Source: Mobula hypostoma (lineage: Eukaryota). Taken from it: DNA of 64,000 nt. The stretch lies in NCBI RefSeq assembly GCF_963921235.1, contig NC_086108.1, positions 108,130,001 through 108,194,000 on the forward strand, written 5' to 3'. Position 1 is the stretch's first letter; each line of letters begins with the position of its first letter. The notes beneath the pieces are model-generated. The model ran no database searches. It was not told the DNA's origin and was given only the letters and a program-made list of their open reading frames with translations. This document shows positions 12,530-25,849 of this stretch, one piece after another. Made by a program: the position numbers and the translations under genes.

Positions 12530-13490
12530 CACAAAGACAAAAAAATCTGCAGATGCTGGAAATTCAAGCAACACACACAGTGCTGGAGGAACTCAGCAGG
12601 TCAGGAAGCATCTATGGAAAAGAGTAAACAGTCGATTTTTTAGGCCGAGACCCTTCATCAGGACTGGAGAAAAAAAAGATGAGAAATTAGAACAAGAAGG
12701 TGGGAGGAGGGGAGGAACAAGTATAAAGTGGCAGGTGATGGGTGAAATTGGGAGGGGGGAGGGATGAATTAAAGAGCAGAGAAGTTGATAGGTGAAAGAG
12801 AGTAAGGGCTGGAGAAGGGGGAATCTGATAGGAGAGGGTAGGAATATGGAAGAAAGGGAAGGGGGAGGAGCACCTGTGGGGAGTAATGACAGGTAAGGAG
12901 ATAAGGTGGGAGAGGGAAACAGGAATGGAGAATGGTGGGGGGGGGGATAATTACCAGAAGTTTGAGAAATCAATGTTCATGCCATCAGTTTGGAGGCTAC
13001 CCGGACATAATATAAGGTGTTGCTCCTCATATCTGAGTGTGGCCTCAGTGTGGCGGTAGAGGAGGCCATGGACTGACATGTCAGAATGGTAATGGGAAGT
13101 AGAATTGAAATGGTTGGCCACCAGGAGATCCCACTTTTTCCTGACAGACGGAGATTGGTGAAGCAGTCTCCCAATCTACGTCGGGCCTTAAAAGTATACA
13201 GGAGGCAACACCAGGAGCACCAGATACAGTAAATGACCCCAACAGACTCATGGATGAAGTGTTCCCTCACCAGGAAGGACTGTTTGGGGCCCTGAATGGT
13301 GGTGAGGGAGAAGGTGTAGGGGCAGGTGTAGCACTTGTTCTGCTTGCAAGGATAAGTGCTGGGAGGGAGATCAGTGGGGAGGGACGAATGGAGAAGGGAG
13401 TCCCTGCAGAGAATTGGGGGGGGGGGAGGGAAAGATGTGCTTGGTGGGGGGATCCAGTTGCAGATGGTGGAAGTTATGTAGAATTATGGG
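12530..13490 (-). mobile_element. Older Penelope-like element fragment (GIY-YIG, 3' UTR, degenerate hammerhead)
   Basis: Minus-strand translation ESVGVIYCIWCSWCCLLY...RRRLGDCF; decayed hammerhead at about 12629-12666 (cagtcctgatgaagggtctcggcctaaaaaatcgactg on the minus strand). Confidence 0.85.
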
Positions 13491-14509
13491 CAGTTTGCAG
13501 CTCTGATTTTTGAGTTTCTTTTGTCAGCTGAGTTGGATTGTAGGGGTTTGTTCCATTATTGTTCCATTATGGTGATGCCATTAGTTATGGACGTGTTCTG
13601 TTTCTGACTGGGCAACACGCCCATATTCCGGACCTTTCTGAAACAAGAATTACCATGACAGCTGGGGAACTTCAAATTCAAACATATAAGTAAATCTGAA
13701 AGTGCAGGTACTTGCAGTTTTAACCCTAACCTGATCACGGGACAATTTATAATGACTAATTAACCTACCGGTATGAGGAAACCGGATCATTCGAGGAAGC
13801 CCAGGCTGTCACGGGGAGAACAGACAATCTCCTTACAGGCAGTGGTGGGAATTCAACCCAGGTTACCTGTACTGTAAAGTGTTTGTGCTATCAGCTCCAC
13901 TTAGGATTTTGTTTTGTGACAAGAAGCAGGCCATTGCAATCCTTCTGTTCACTGCTATTGTAATGGCTCCACATTAAAACAAGCTTATATGTCTTGTGGT
14001 CTCATGGTACAGACTCACTGGGCTTCAGATCCTACTTCTGGTCTCCCTTTGAAGGGCAAGCATGCAGTTAGAGTACATCCATGATGTGCTGGTGATCCTC
14101 TTCTGATCCCTCCCCAAAGTCTCCATATCCTTCCTATAACAGGGCAACCGGAACTGCAACATGACTTCCTGACTCTGGCGCTGGTGCCCTTGCAATGAAG
14201 CCCAGCATGCACAGAGTATTCTGTAGCACTCTATCTACCTTTATGGCCACTTTCAGACAGGCATGGACCTGCAGCCCAGGATCCTGAGGAACACACACAC
14301 AAGACGCTGGAGGAAACCGGGGCACTCGGAGGAAACCTCATGCAGTCATGGGCTGAATGTACAAATTCCTTACAGACAGTGGTGGGAATTGAACCTGGCT
14401 TAACCGCTACACTAGAGAATCCAAGTGTTTTTTCCCCAGCGTAGGGGAGTCTAAAACTCCAGGTGTAAGGGGAGAGGGGAAGGATTTAAAGATGATCTGT
14501 GGGGCAAGT

Positions 14510-14626
14510 CCTGATGGAGGGTCTCGGCCGAAATGTCGACCGTATTCTTTTCCATAGCTGCTGCCTGGCCTGCTGAGTTCCTCCAGCATTTTATATGTGT
14601 GTTGCTCGACTTCAGCAGATTTTCTC
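14510..14626 (+). mobile_element. Short PLE-end insertion starting at the hammerhead
   Basis: gtcctgatggagggtctcggccgaaatgtcgac...; flanked by ctgtggggcaagt (14497-14509) / ctgaggagcaagt (14627-14639), a probable 13-bp TSD inside a CR1 fragment. Confidence 0.7.
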
Positions 14627-17094
14627 CTGAGGAGCAAGTTTGTAGGTATGCGGAATAAGCTGCCAGAGGAAGTGGTTGAGGTGAGTTACAACTACAACAT
14701 TTGAAAAAACATTGAGGCAGATATATGAAAGGATTGAAGGGTACGGGTCAAACGCAGAGCGATTGAGTGGATAACTTCACTTTGCCCAGCACTGAACTGA
14801 CTCCACAACCTACAGGCTCACTTTCAAAGTACATATAAGACATATACAACCCTGAGATTCATTTTCTTGTGGGCATTCAAAGTAAATACAAAGAAACACA
14901 ATAGAATCATTGAAGACTGGTGTGCAAAGATAACAAACTGCAAATACAAAATGAGAAAAAAACAAAACAGCAACAATAATAAGTAAATAAGCAATAAATA
15001 TTAAGAACATGAGTTACAGAGTTGTTGAAAGTGAGCCCACAGGTTGTGGGAACAGTCAAATGATGTGGCGAGGGAAGGTGAGTGAAGTTATCCCCACTGG
15101 ATCAAGAGCCTGATGGATGACAGGTGATAACTGTTCCTGAACCTGGTAGTGTGGGTCCCGAGGCTCCTGTACCTCCTTCCTGAAGACAGCAGTGAGAATA
15201 GACCATGGACTGGGTGCTGGGGCTCCTTGATAATGGGTACTGCTTTCCTGCGACAGGATTTTCCATTTAAGGTCATTGGTATTGCCATACCGGGCGTGAT
15301 GCAACCAGTCTATATATTCTCTGCTGCACATCTATAGAAGTTTGTCAAAGTTTTAGATGTCATGCCAAATCCTCACAAACTTTGGCTTTTACATGCTAGA
15401 CCGGGACAAATCCTCTGAAATGGTAACACACTGGGAATTTAAAGTTGCTGACCGTCTCCACCTCTGATCCCCCGATGAGGACTGGCTCATGGACCTGTGG
15501 TTTCCTCCTCCTGAAGCCAATAATCAGCTCCTTGGTCTTGCTCACAGTGAGTGCACCACTCAGCCAGATTTCCAATCTCCCGCCTCTATGCTGATTCGTC
15601 AACTACAATGGTGTCGTCGGCAAACTTAAGGACTCTGTGATTCATGTTCTTGGTGTTTATTTCCTATTAATTTTTTTTGTTTTTCTATTTGCACAATCTG
15701 TTGTCTTACACATTTTTGTATGGTTTTGTTATGTCATCGATTCTACTGAATTTCTTTGAATTTACTGTGAATGTCCACAAGTAAACGAATCTCAAGGTAG
15801 TACATGGTGACATATACAATCTGTACTTTGATAATAAATTTACTTTGAAATAGGGACTAGCTTAGACTGACAGCTTGGTTGGCATGGACAAGATGGGCTA
15901 TTCCATGCTGCTCAACTCTGTCAGTACACCCAGAAAACAAAACTCAGCACATAAAAACAAAATATTACCACTAATAAGTAGATAAAATATAATTCAAAAT
16001 GCACGCGACATGAGCAGCACAGGTAAACAGTAAACAGATTGCTGTCCTAGTGAGGAGATCTCGGTGGTGACTGGGTATTCATTAATCTCACAGCCTGAAG
16101 GAAGAAGCTGTTACCTAGTCTGACAGTCCTAGTCCTGATGCTTCTGTATCTCCTTCCTGACGATAGTGTGGGATGGGCGGCGGGGATCCTTACCAATGCT
16201 TTTGGCCCTTCATCTACAATGCTCCCGGTAAAAATGTCACAAATAGTGGGGAGGGAGACCCCACTCATCCTCTCGGTAGTTTTTACTGTCGTAGTAATGT
16301 ACAGATCCAAGTTTCATACACATGCAACATCTTCATCTGATTCATGTTTCTACATTCTTTAATCTAAAAGCTCTGCCAACGCAAAGGTTTACTGAGTAGA
16401 TTTGAGTCTCAGGGGAGTTCAGTCTGCTGTAGATTATCTCTACAATAGACAGGGGTGCACAATTCAATTCTACTGGCAATAGTCCAGCTATTATCATTGG
16501 AAAAATTACCTCCAAGGTCTCCAGTTAGGAGCAAGGACTGTGCATCTAAATTTTGCTGTCAGTGTCAGCAGGTTAAATCCTTTCCAATTACATGTGCTGA
16601 GTTTAAGATAATGCTGTTAAAGGAGGCTACAATTTGTAACGTTTGAATAATCAATGTAGAGCCATTACGATAAGCCGTGAACATTAGGCCCAGAATGGCC
16701 TGCCTCTTGTCACAAAACAAAAGCCTAAGTGAAGCTGATGTGTCAGGTTGTAAGGAGAAGGCAGACAGAGCAGAAATCATTTACTTTGTCCCTTACCAAC
16801 CTGCCACAATTTTTAGTGATTCACCAGCGAATGAAGCATCCTATCCAGATGCATCACAGCTCACCATGGCTTTTCTCTGCTAACCTTTGATGCCTTTCTA
16901 ATCAGGAACCTACCAATCTCAGCTTTAAATATACCGAACAATTTGGCATCCACAACCATGTGTGGTGATGAATTCCAGAAATTTGCCACCCTCTGGATAA
17001 AGAAAAACCCTTAGGGGTGGGAAATATCATTGAAATCTATTGAATACTGAAAGGCCTAGATACAGTGGACTTGGAGAGGATGTTTCCTATAGAG

Positions 17095-17167
17095 CAAAGA
17101 TTCCCAAGATGGCATCCATGGACTCCTTGCTTAATGGTCTAAGGCACAAAAAAGTTGGGAACCCCTG
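17095..17167. mobile_element. Tiny hAT MITE, same family as 7292-7342
   Basis: Ends ...gttgggaacccctg; flanks ctatagag / ttatagtg; interrupts a CR1 fragment. Confidence 0.6.
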
Positions 17168-20100
17168 TTATAGTGGGAGAGTCTAGGACCAGAGGAATCT
17201 TGACAAACTTCTATAGACTTGTGGTGGAGAGTATATTGACTGGTTGCATGATGGCTTGGTTTGGAGCCACCAATGCCCTTGAACAGAAAATCCTACAAAA
17301 GTAGTGGATACAGCCCATTCCATCACAGGTAAAGTTTTCCACACCATTCAGCTCGTCTACACAGAGTTCTGACAAAGGAAAACAGCATCCATCATTAGGG
17401 ACCCTCGTTCCCCGGTCATGCTCTCTTCTTGCCGATGCCCTCAGGAAGAAGGTACAGGAGCCTCAGGACTCAGAATTACAGGTTCAAGAATAGTTACTAC
17501 TTCTCAGCCATCATGCTGTTGAACCAGAGGGGATAACTTCACTCACTCCAATGTTGAACTGTTCGCACAACCTATGGACTCACTATCAAGGACTCTTCTT
17601 TTCATGTTCTCAATATTTATTTCCTTTTTTTCTTTTGCATTTGCGGTTTATTTTTTGTACATTGGTTGTTTGGCCATTTTACTGGGTGCAGTCTTTCTTT
17701 GATTCTATTATAGTTCTTGGACTTACTGAGTATGCCTGCAAGAAAATGAATCTCAGGGTTGTATATAGTGACGTATATGTACTTTGATCATAAATTTATT
17801 TTGAACTATTGTACCCTGAACTCTAAAACAGCCTCAGAATTGAAGTATGTCCCTTTAGAACAGAGAAGTTGAGGAATTTCTTAGCTAGAGGGTAGTGAGT
17901 TTGTGGAATTCATTGCCACAAATGGTTGTGGAGGCCAAGTCATTGGGTGTACTTAAAGCAGACGTTCTTGTTGAAGATCATGGGCAGAAAGCAGGAGAAT
18001 GGGGTCGAGAGGGATAATAAATTGGCCATGATGGAATGGCAGAGCAGACTTGATGGGCTGAATGGCCCAATTCTGCTCCTATGACTTGTACTCTTATGGT
18101 TATTGTTCGATATAGAAAAGCTGTTTAAATTTGTACCTTGAAGGCAACTGCAGTCTATTCTGCTAAACTGTGACCTTCTAGCATGGTTTCTCAGGAACGT
18201 AATGACCACATTGTAGCAGAACAAGAAAGAAGGAAAAAAAGTACTGGAAATATGAGATGCTCAGATTTCTTTACCTTCAATCTGTGATCATTTGTAAGTA
18301 GGAAAAAAAAGATTTTCTCTATCAGAGCCCATCAGGAATTTGAAAAGCTCGTAATCTTTCCTGCTCTGAGAAGAATGCCCCCCCCCTTCCAACCACTCGT
18401 CTGCTGCCCCAGCTCCTTCCGTCTGCCTGTGCAAGTAGTTGAAGTCTCTCAAACTGGGATCAGTGAGTCAAACTCTTATCTTTATGGCCTGTTTCCTGTC
18501 ATCAAGTTCATATCTGTCATCACCTAGACTTGGCATGTGAGCCCTGGGTGAGTGTTGACAAACAGTTCAGATCACAGCTTGAGCTTGATTCTGTACAGAC
18601 CCAGCCGCCCTTCATTCATAGTCCTGACAGAAATGACCAGAGTGGGAACCGCAGCCAACTGGTTACCCCCTTCTTCTCAAACCCCAGGAGAACGCACTCA
18701 GTTATAGCACCCCCACCCCCACTGAGAATGCACAGCACAAACGCTGAGGCAGTTCCTTTGGTCAACCTGCTCCCTCACGGTTCTGGGGGTCCGAGTTGAG
18801 GGAACACACACTCATTGAGGGATCAGCAGTGGAAAGGGTGAGTTATGTCCAGTTCCTGGGTGACAACATTTCTGAGGGTCTGCCCTGGGCCTGACATACT
18901 GATCCGCTTGGAAAGAAGATATGCCAGTGGATATATTTGATTAGGAGATTTGGTATATCACCAAAGACAAGAGCAAATTTCTATAGATGAATTGTGGAGA
19001 GCATTCTCATGGGTTGTATATCACTATTTGGTAGGGAGGCACCAATTCACAAGAGCGGAGAAAGTTGAAGAGGGTTGCAAACTCAGCCAGCGCCATCATG
19101 GGCACTGGCCTCCCCAGCATTATGGAGTACACCGTGGAGTATTGTGAGCAGTTCTGGAATCTGGAGAGGATGTTTCCTGTGCGTGGGTGTCTAAGACCAG
19201 AAGGCACACACACAGAGTGAAACAACACCCATTTACAACAGAGATGAGAAAGAATTTCTTTAGCCAGAGGGTGGTAGATCTGTGGAATTCATTGCCGTGG
19301 AGGCCAAGTCTTTGGGTATATTTAAAGCGGAGGTTGGTAGATTCTTGATTAGCCAGGGTGTCAAAGGTTACGTGGAGAAGGCAGGAGGCTGGAGTTGAGA
19401 GGAATAATAAATCTGCCATGAGTGAGTGGCTGAGCAGGCTTGGTGGGCTGAGTGGCGTAATTTTGCTCCTGTCTTATTGACATGGCCTTATCAAGTACAT
19501 CTATAAAAGGCAATGCCTCAAAAAGATGATGTATGTCGTTAAGGAACCCCAATACCCAGGACATGCCCTCTTTAGGAGCCTAAAGACACACACCCGGCAT
19601 TTTAGGAACAGCTTTTTCTCCTCTGCCATCAGATTTCTGAATGGACAATGAACCCAGGAACTATTTTTCCTCCCTTCTTGAACTACTCTTTTAATTTTTT
19701 ATGTACATTTCTTATCGTAATTTATAGTATATTTTACATTTTGCACTCCACTGCTGCTACGAAGCAACACGTTTTGCAACGTAGGGCAGTGATAATATAC
19801 CTGATTAAGACTCTGCTGCTGAAACTCAATCCTGACCTCGAGTGCTGTCTGTGTAGAGTTTGCACGTTCTCACTGAGACCGTGTGGGCTTCCTCTGGGTG
19901 CTCCGGTTTCCTCCCGTAACCCAAGATGTGAGTTGCCTGGAGTGTGTATGGAGTCAGGGATGAGGGGTAAGTTAAAAACAGTTGAGCATAGGAGGAGTGA
20001 TAAAGCGTGGTTGATAGTCCGCACAATCTCAGTGCTGTGAAGAGCTCATTTCCATTCTCTGTGACTCAATCATCTTGTCTTATTGGGGTGCAACACGCAG

Positions 20101-20177
20101 TTAGCACAGCAGTTAGACTATCGGTGTTGGAGTTCAGAGTTCAATTCCGTTGTCCTCTGTAAGTTTGTATGTTCTTT

Positions 20178-20180
<3 letters not shown>

Positions 20181-20212
<32 letters not shown>
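20181..20212. repeat. (GT)n microsatellite inside a SINE
   Basis: Direct reading. Confidence 0.95.
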
Positions 20213-20214
<2 letters not shown>

Positions 20215-22156
20215 CCTCTTGGTGCTATGGTTTCCTCCCACCCTCCAAAGACATACCAGTTAGTAGGTTAATTGGTCATTGTAGAATGTCCCATGATTAG
20301 ACAGGGGTTAAATTGGTGGGTTGCTGGGCAGCGTGGCTGGAAGGGACTGTTCTACGTTGTATCGCTAAATAAATAAATACATAAATTGGAATACATCGAA
20401 TACTGAAAAACCTAGATTGAATGGACTTGGAGAGGATGTTACCTATAGTGGGAGAGTCCAGGAGCAGAGGGTACAGCCTCAGAATAGAAGGACCTCCCTT
20501 TAGAACGGAGGAATTTCTTTAGCCAGAGTGTGGAATTCATTGCCACAGATGACTGCGGAGGCCAAGTCTTAAAGCAGAGGTTGATAGGTTCTTGATTAGT
20601 AAGGCTGTCAAAGGATGCTGGGGAAAAGGAAGAGAATGGGGGTTGACAGGGATAATAAATCATCCATGATGGAATGACGAGTGACCTAATTCTGCTCTTA
20701 TGTCTTATGGTTTTATGGTGATAGATGGCGAATAGATTGTCTAGTAATCAATTAACAGCTCGGATTTATAAAGGATCTGTAAAGAGACAAATAATTCCAA
20801 GACTCTTCACAGGCCAATGTTTGTCTTTTTGATGAGGAGAGATACACAGATTGTGTTTGTAGTAACACAGTAAAAGTCTTATTGAATGGGAGTGCAGGCT
20901 CCTGGAGCTGAGGTCTCACCCCAACCAGCTCCAGTCCTGAGTCAGACATGAACTACGGCAGCCATACAGGGCGTACTGCAGGAGAATCACTTCCTGAACT
21001 GAAAGGTTATCTTTATTTGTCAGATGTACAGTACATTCAAAAATAGGTGAAATACACGGTTTGTGTCACCAACCAACACAGTGCTGGAGACAGCTCATAA
21101 GTGTTGCCACTCTTCTGGTGCCAACATGAAATGCCCAGAACTTATTATCCCTAAGCCATACGGCTTTATAATGTGGAAGGAAATTGGGGACACCCAGAGG
21201 AAACCCACATGGTCACAGGGAGAACATACAAACTCCTGACAGACCGCGGGAGGGAATTGAACCCGGGTCTCTGGTGCTGTAAGGTGTTATGCAAACTGCT
21301 ATACTACCGTGCTGCCCTCTGTTGACACTGGAGATACCAGCTGAGGGCTGGACAGATTCCATGGGAACCCTTACAACTTTCCTGGCTTGGCTTTGTTCCA
21401 CAGTGAGCTGTAACGTCTCCTTCAACACATTCCACCACACCGGCTTATCTGCTTCTTGGCCCTTCCGAAGGTGCTGCCTGTTATCAGCACATCATTCCAC
21501 AGGGCGTTGTTGCAGTGATAAGGGGAGTCTTAATGGATCTGGAGTGAAATAGATACCCACACAACACCCTCCATTAGTGACAAGTAGCATGCCACAGCAC
21601 AGTTTGGACCATTTGTAATACAGTGAGCAACTTTGGGCTCCATATCTAAGGAAAGTCATGCTGGCCCTGGAGGTAATCCAGACGAGATTCACAAGAAAGA
21701 TTCTGAAAAAAGAAAGCTTTACCTGTAAGGAGTGTTTGACGACTCTGGGCCTGTATTCATTGGAGTTCGGAAGGATGAGGACGAGGGGGGATATGATTGA
21801 AACGTACTGAGTATGAAAGGTTTGCATTGAGTTGACATAGAGAGGAAGTTTTGAATAGAGGGATGACTCTTTAGAACAGAGATGAGGAGGAATTTCTTTA
21901 GCAAAAGGGTGGTGAATCTACAGTATTCATTGTCACAGACGGCTGTGGAGGCTAAATCACTAAATCATTAGGTATATTCAAAGCAGAAGCTGGTTGATAG
22001 CTTCCTGATTAGTCCTGGTGTCAAAGGTTATGTGGAGAAGGCAGGATGCTGCCTGGCTGATGTGTATCTATGTCATTTTCTGATTCATTTTGACTTTCAG
22101 CATTTATTATTTTGACTTTGGATTAGAGTCTTGTTTCAAAAGCTGTCATCACTCTG

Positions 22157-22531
22157 TCACTTCTCTTTCAACCTCTTCCTCTGATTTTTCCATCTTTCTC
22201 TCTCTCCCTTTTCCTTTCTCTTTCTCCCAATCTGTCTCCAGCTCCCTCTCCCCTTTCCCTCTCTCTCTTTCTCTCCCCTCTCTCCCTCGAGCTCTCTTTC
22301 TCTCCTTCCCTCCCTCTCTCCCCTCTCCCTCTCCCTCTTTCTCTCACTCTCTCTCTTTCTTTCTCTCCCCTCTCTCCCTCTAGCTCTCTTTCTCTCCTTC
22401 CTCTCTCCCTTCTCCCTCTCCCTCTTTCTCTTTCTCTCTCTCTCCCCTCTCTCCCTCTCCCCCTCTCCCCCCCCTCTCCCCTCTCCCTCTCCCCTCTCCC
22501 TCTCCCCTTTCTCTCTCTCTATCTTTCTCTC
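22157..22531. repeat. Polypyrimidine (CT-rich) low-complexity tract
   Basis: About 370 bp almost entirely C/T on the + strand. Confidence 0.95.
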
Positions 22532-23369
22532 TAATGGTTTTTTCCTCTCTGCCATCAGATTTCTGAACGTACGCTGAACCAGTGAACACTACCTCACTAG
22601 TTTTTAGCTCATTTTTCCTTTGCTCTCTTTTTGTACCAATTTTTGATTGTAATATATTTTTCTTATTTGTAATTTGTAGATTTTTTAATATTATGTATTG
22701 CAAAGTACTGCTGCCACAAAACAGCAGATTTCACAACATACACTAGTGATATTAAACCTGATTTTGAACATAGCCAAGGACTGTGATTGATATTTTTTGT
22801 GGACCTTTGAATTCTGTATTTACTGTTCATTTGAGTTACAACGTCTTCAGTATTTTGATTTTTCATTACAGTCTAATTTTAATAAATCCTTTTAGAATCA
22901 GGTTTAATATCACCAGCATGTATCATGAAACTTGTCTTAGCAGTGCAATATGTCATAGAAAAAAAACTATGAATTATAGTAAGTGTGTCCAGGTGTGGGG
23001 CACACACACACACACACACACACACTGGGGCAGCAGGCTGAGGGTAGCAGACACCAACAGAATCAACAAACTCATTCGTAAGGCCAGGGATGTTGTGGAG
23101 ATGGAACTGGACTCTCTCACGGTGGTGTCTGAAAAGAGGATGCTGTCTAAGTTGCATGCCATCTTGGACAATGTCTCCCATCCATTACATAATGTACTGG
23201 GTGGGCACAGGAGTACATTCAGCCAGAGACTCATTCCACCGAGATGCAGCACAGAGCGTCATAGGAAGCCATTCCTGTCTGTGGCCATCAAACTTTACAG
23301 CTCCTCCCTTGGAGGGTCCCTGAGCTAATAGGCTGGTCCTGGACTTATTTCCTGGCATAATTTACATAT

Positions 23370-23564
23370 TGTGGCGACCCACTTTCTGACACCCACGAAC
23401 CGGCTCACGAAACAGCGCGCGCAGGCAGAGGGCGGGCAGCAAAAAGGGCGGGAACGGGAAGGCTTTAAAGCGGGCTGTGAAGTTTGAATAAACCTCTTTC
23501 ATCGCAACTCTAACTCACCGACTCCGTGTGGTTATTCTAGCGCTGTGTGTAGCACATCGCTACA
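23370..23564 (+). repeat. 5' LTR (195 bp)
   Basis: tgtggcgaccc...cgctaca; 188/195 identical to the 3' LTR; contains tttaaa and aataaa. Confidence 0.95.
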
Positions 23565-23566
23565 AT

Positions 23567-23580
23567 TGGTGACCCCGACG
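23567..23580 (+). promoter_or_regulatory. Primer-binding site complementary to the tRNA-Trp 3' end
   Basis: TGGTGACCCCGACG, 2 nt after the LTR; matches the first 14 nt of the known tRNA-Trp PBS TGGTGACCCCGACGTGAT. Confidence 0.85.
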
Positions 23581-23604
23581 GCCCAAACGATATTTGGACC
23601 AGAG

Positions 23605-24129
23605 ATGACCGACGCTGCATCTGTTCACGCAGTTTCGTTAGAACTGCCGGGCTTCTGGATGCTGCGACCCCATTTATGGTTCGAACAAGCAGAAGCACAA
23701 TTCCACATTCGGCAGATAACCTCGGAGTCCACTCGCTACTACTACGTGCTGAGCTCCCTCGACCAGGAGACTGCTGCACAAGTTGAGGAGTTTATACAGT
23801 CGCCCCCGGAGGACGGCAAATACACAGCATTCAAAACCCTGCTCATAAGGACTTTCGGACTCTCACGGCGCAAACCAGCACGCCGCTTAATGCACCTGGA
23901 TGGTTTGGGAGACAGGCCGCCGTCAGCATTAATGAACGAGATGCTGGCCCTGGTTGAAGGACACAAACCCTGCCTCATGTTTGAGCAGGCGTTCCTAGAG
24001 CAACTGCCCGAGGACATATGCCTGCTGCTGTCCGACGCAGATTTCAGGAAAACCCCGGGAGGTGGCGGCCCGAGCAGATGTGCTGTGGAATGCCAGGAAA
24101 GAGAGAGGGGCATCCGTCGCACAGATCAC
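23605..24129 (+). pseudogene. gag: Gypsy gag (truncated, frameshift near 24050)
   Basis: MTDAASVHAVSLELPGFW...WFEQAEAQF...RYYYVLSSLD...LDGLGDRPPSALMNEM...FLEQLP, then VAARADVLW in another frame. Confidence 0.8.
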
Positions 24130-24502
24130 ACTGGCCGCCGTGGCCCAACCACTGCTGGGGGCAGATTTTCTACGAGCCCACAGCCTGCTGGTCGACTTGC
24201 AAGGGAAGCGATTAGTCCACGCCAAGACTTTTCAAACGTTCTCCCTGGGTGAAGCACAGTTGCCAGCCCCACACCTGGACTCCATCACGCTGTCCGACGA
24301 TGAATTCACCAGGGTCCTGGCGGATTTCCCATCAGTACTGACACCGCAGTTCACGGCAGCCATGCCCAGACACGGAGTACAGCACCACATCCCGACCCAG
24401 GGACCACCCCTCCACGCCCGTGCTCGGAGGCTTCCGCCGGACAAGCTCCGACTGGCGAAGGAGGAGTTCAAGAAGATGGAGGAATTAGGGATCATACGAC
24501 GG
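24126..24502 (+). pseudogene. pol: Protease C-terminal remnant plus RT N-terminal remnant
   Basis: TLAAVAQPLLGADFLRAHSLLVDL (protease ILGxDFL-like motif) and HGVQHHIPTQGPPLHARARRLPPDKLRLAKEEFKKMEELGIIRR (RT start); no DTG and no YxDD motif. Confidence 0.85.
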
Positions 24503-25849
24503 ACATCCGGCATGTCTCTGGAAAGAACAATGTCGTGGCAGACGCACTTTCCAGACCTACCATACAGGCCCTGTCCCAGGGGGTGGACTATGCAGCGCTG
24601 GCAGAGGCACAGCAGGCAGACGCTGAGATCCCCAGTTACAGGACTGCAGTCTCCGGTTTGCAGCTCCAAGACCTCCCCGTAGGCCCAGGTGAGAGGACCC
24701 TACTATGTGACGTAGCTACTGGCCAACCCCGCCCCGTCGTCCCAGCAGCCTGGCGCCGGCGGGTGTTCGAGTCCATTCACAACTTAGCGCACCCCTCCAT
24801 CAGGACAACCGTCCGGCTGGTCTCCAACAGGTTCGTGTGGCATGGACTTCGTAAACAGGTCAGTGAATGGGCCAAAACGTGTACGCAGTGCCAAACGGCC
24901 AAGGTGCAGCGGCACACCAAGGCTCCACCGCAGCGGTTCGAACCCACCCGCCGGAGGTTCGACCACATCCATGCGGATATCGTGGGGCCCCTGCCAGTGT
25001 CACGAGGAGCACGGTACCTCCTAACTATGATAGACCGGTTCACCAGATGGCCAGAGGCAGTCCCGCTCAGCGACACCACCTCCGAATCCTGCGCCCGAGC
25101 ACTGATCGCAACCTAGGTAGCACGCTTTGGGGTACCGGCCCACGTTACCTCCGACAGGGGCGCCCAGTTCACCTCTAGCCTGTGGTCGGCTATGGCCAGA
25201 CTTTTAGGAACACAGCTACACCACACAACTGCCTACCACCCACAGTCGAACGGACTAGTGGAGCGCTTCCACCGTCACCTGAAATCGGCTCTCATGGCCC
25301 GCCTGGAGGGGCCTAACTGGGTGGACGAACTTCCCTGGGTCCTGCTCGGAATCCGCACGGCGCCCAAAGAGGATCTGCACACCTCGTCGGCCGAGTTGGT
25401 GTACGGCGCGCCCCTGGTCGTCCCAGGAGAGTTCATACCAGCCCCAAGGGGGCAAGAGGAAGAACCCACAGCAGTCCTGGACAGACTACGGGAGAGGCTC
25501 GGTAACCTGGCCCCCATACCCACTTCACAGCACGGACAGAGCCCGACCTGCGTACGCAAAGACCTGCAGAACTGTAAGTTTCTTTTTGTACGACGGGGCG
25601 GACACCGGGCACCGCTACAGAAGCCCTACGAGGGGCTGTTTAAGGTGATCAGGAACAATGGGTCCACGTTCGTGCTGGACATTGGGGGGAGAGAGGAAGT
25701 TTTCACGGTGGACCGACTCAAACCAGCCCATGTGGACGGCGCAACCGGTCCAGGCTCAGGCACCGCGGCGCAGGGGCAGACCTCCCAAACAGAGGCCAAT
25801 CCAGACTGTGGACATTGGGGGAGGTATCGCCGGTTCTGGGGGTGAGTTA
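24496..25849 (+). pseudogene. pol: RNase H C-terminal end plus integrase (in-frame TAG at 25114-25116, frameshift near 25737)
   Basis: DIRHVSGKNNVVADALSR; HHCC motif HNLAH...CTQC; catalytic HADIVGP...SDRGAQF...SNGLVERFH; GPY/F-like PYEGLFKV. Confidence 0.9.
25838..25849 (+). promoter_or_regulatory. Polypurine tract
   Basis: gggggtgagtta immediately before the 3' LTR. Confidence 0.6.

Noticed and set aside
22090..22703. Glu/Arg- or Ser/Leu-rich ORFs (also 58401-59114)
   Set aside because: Translations of CT microsatellite tracts.
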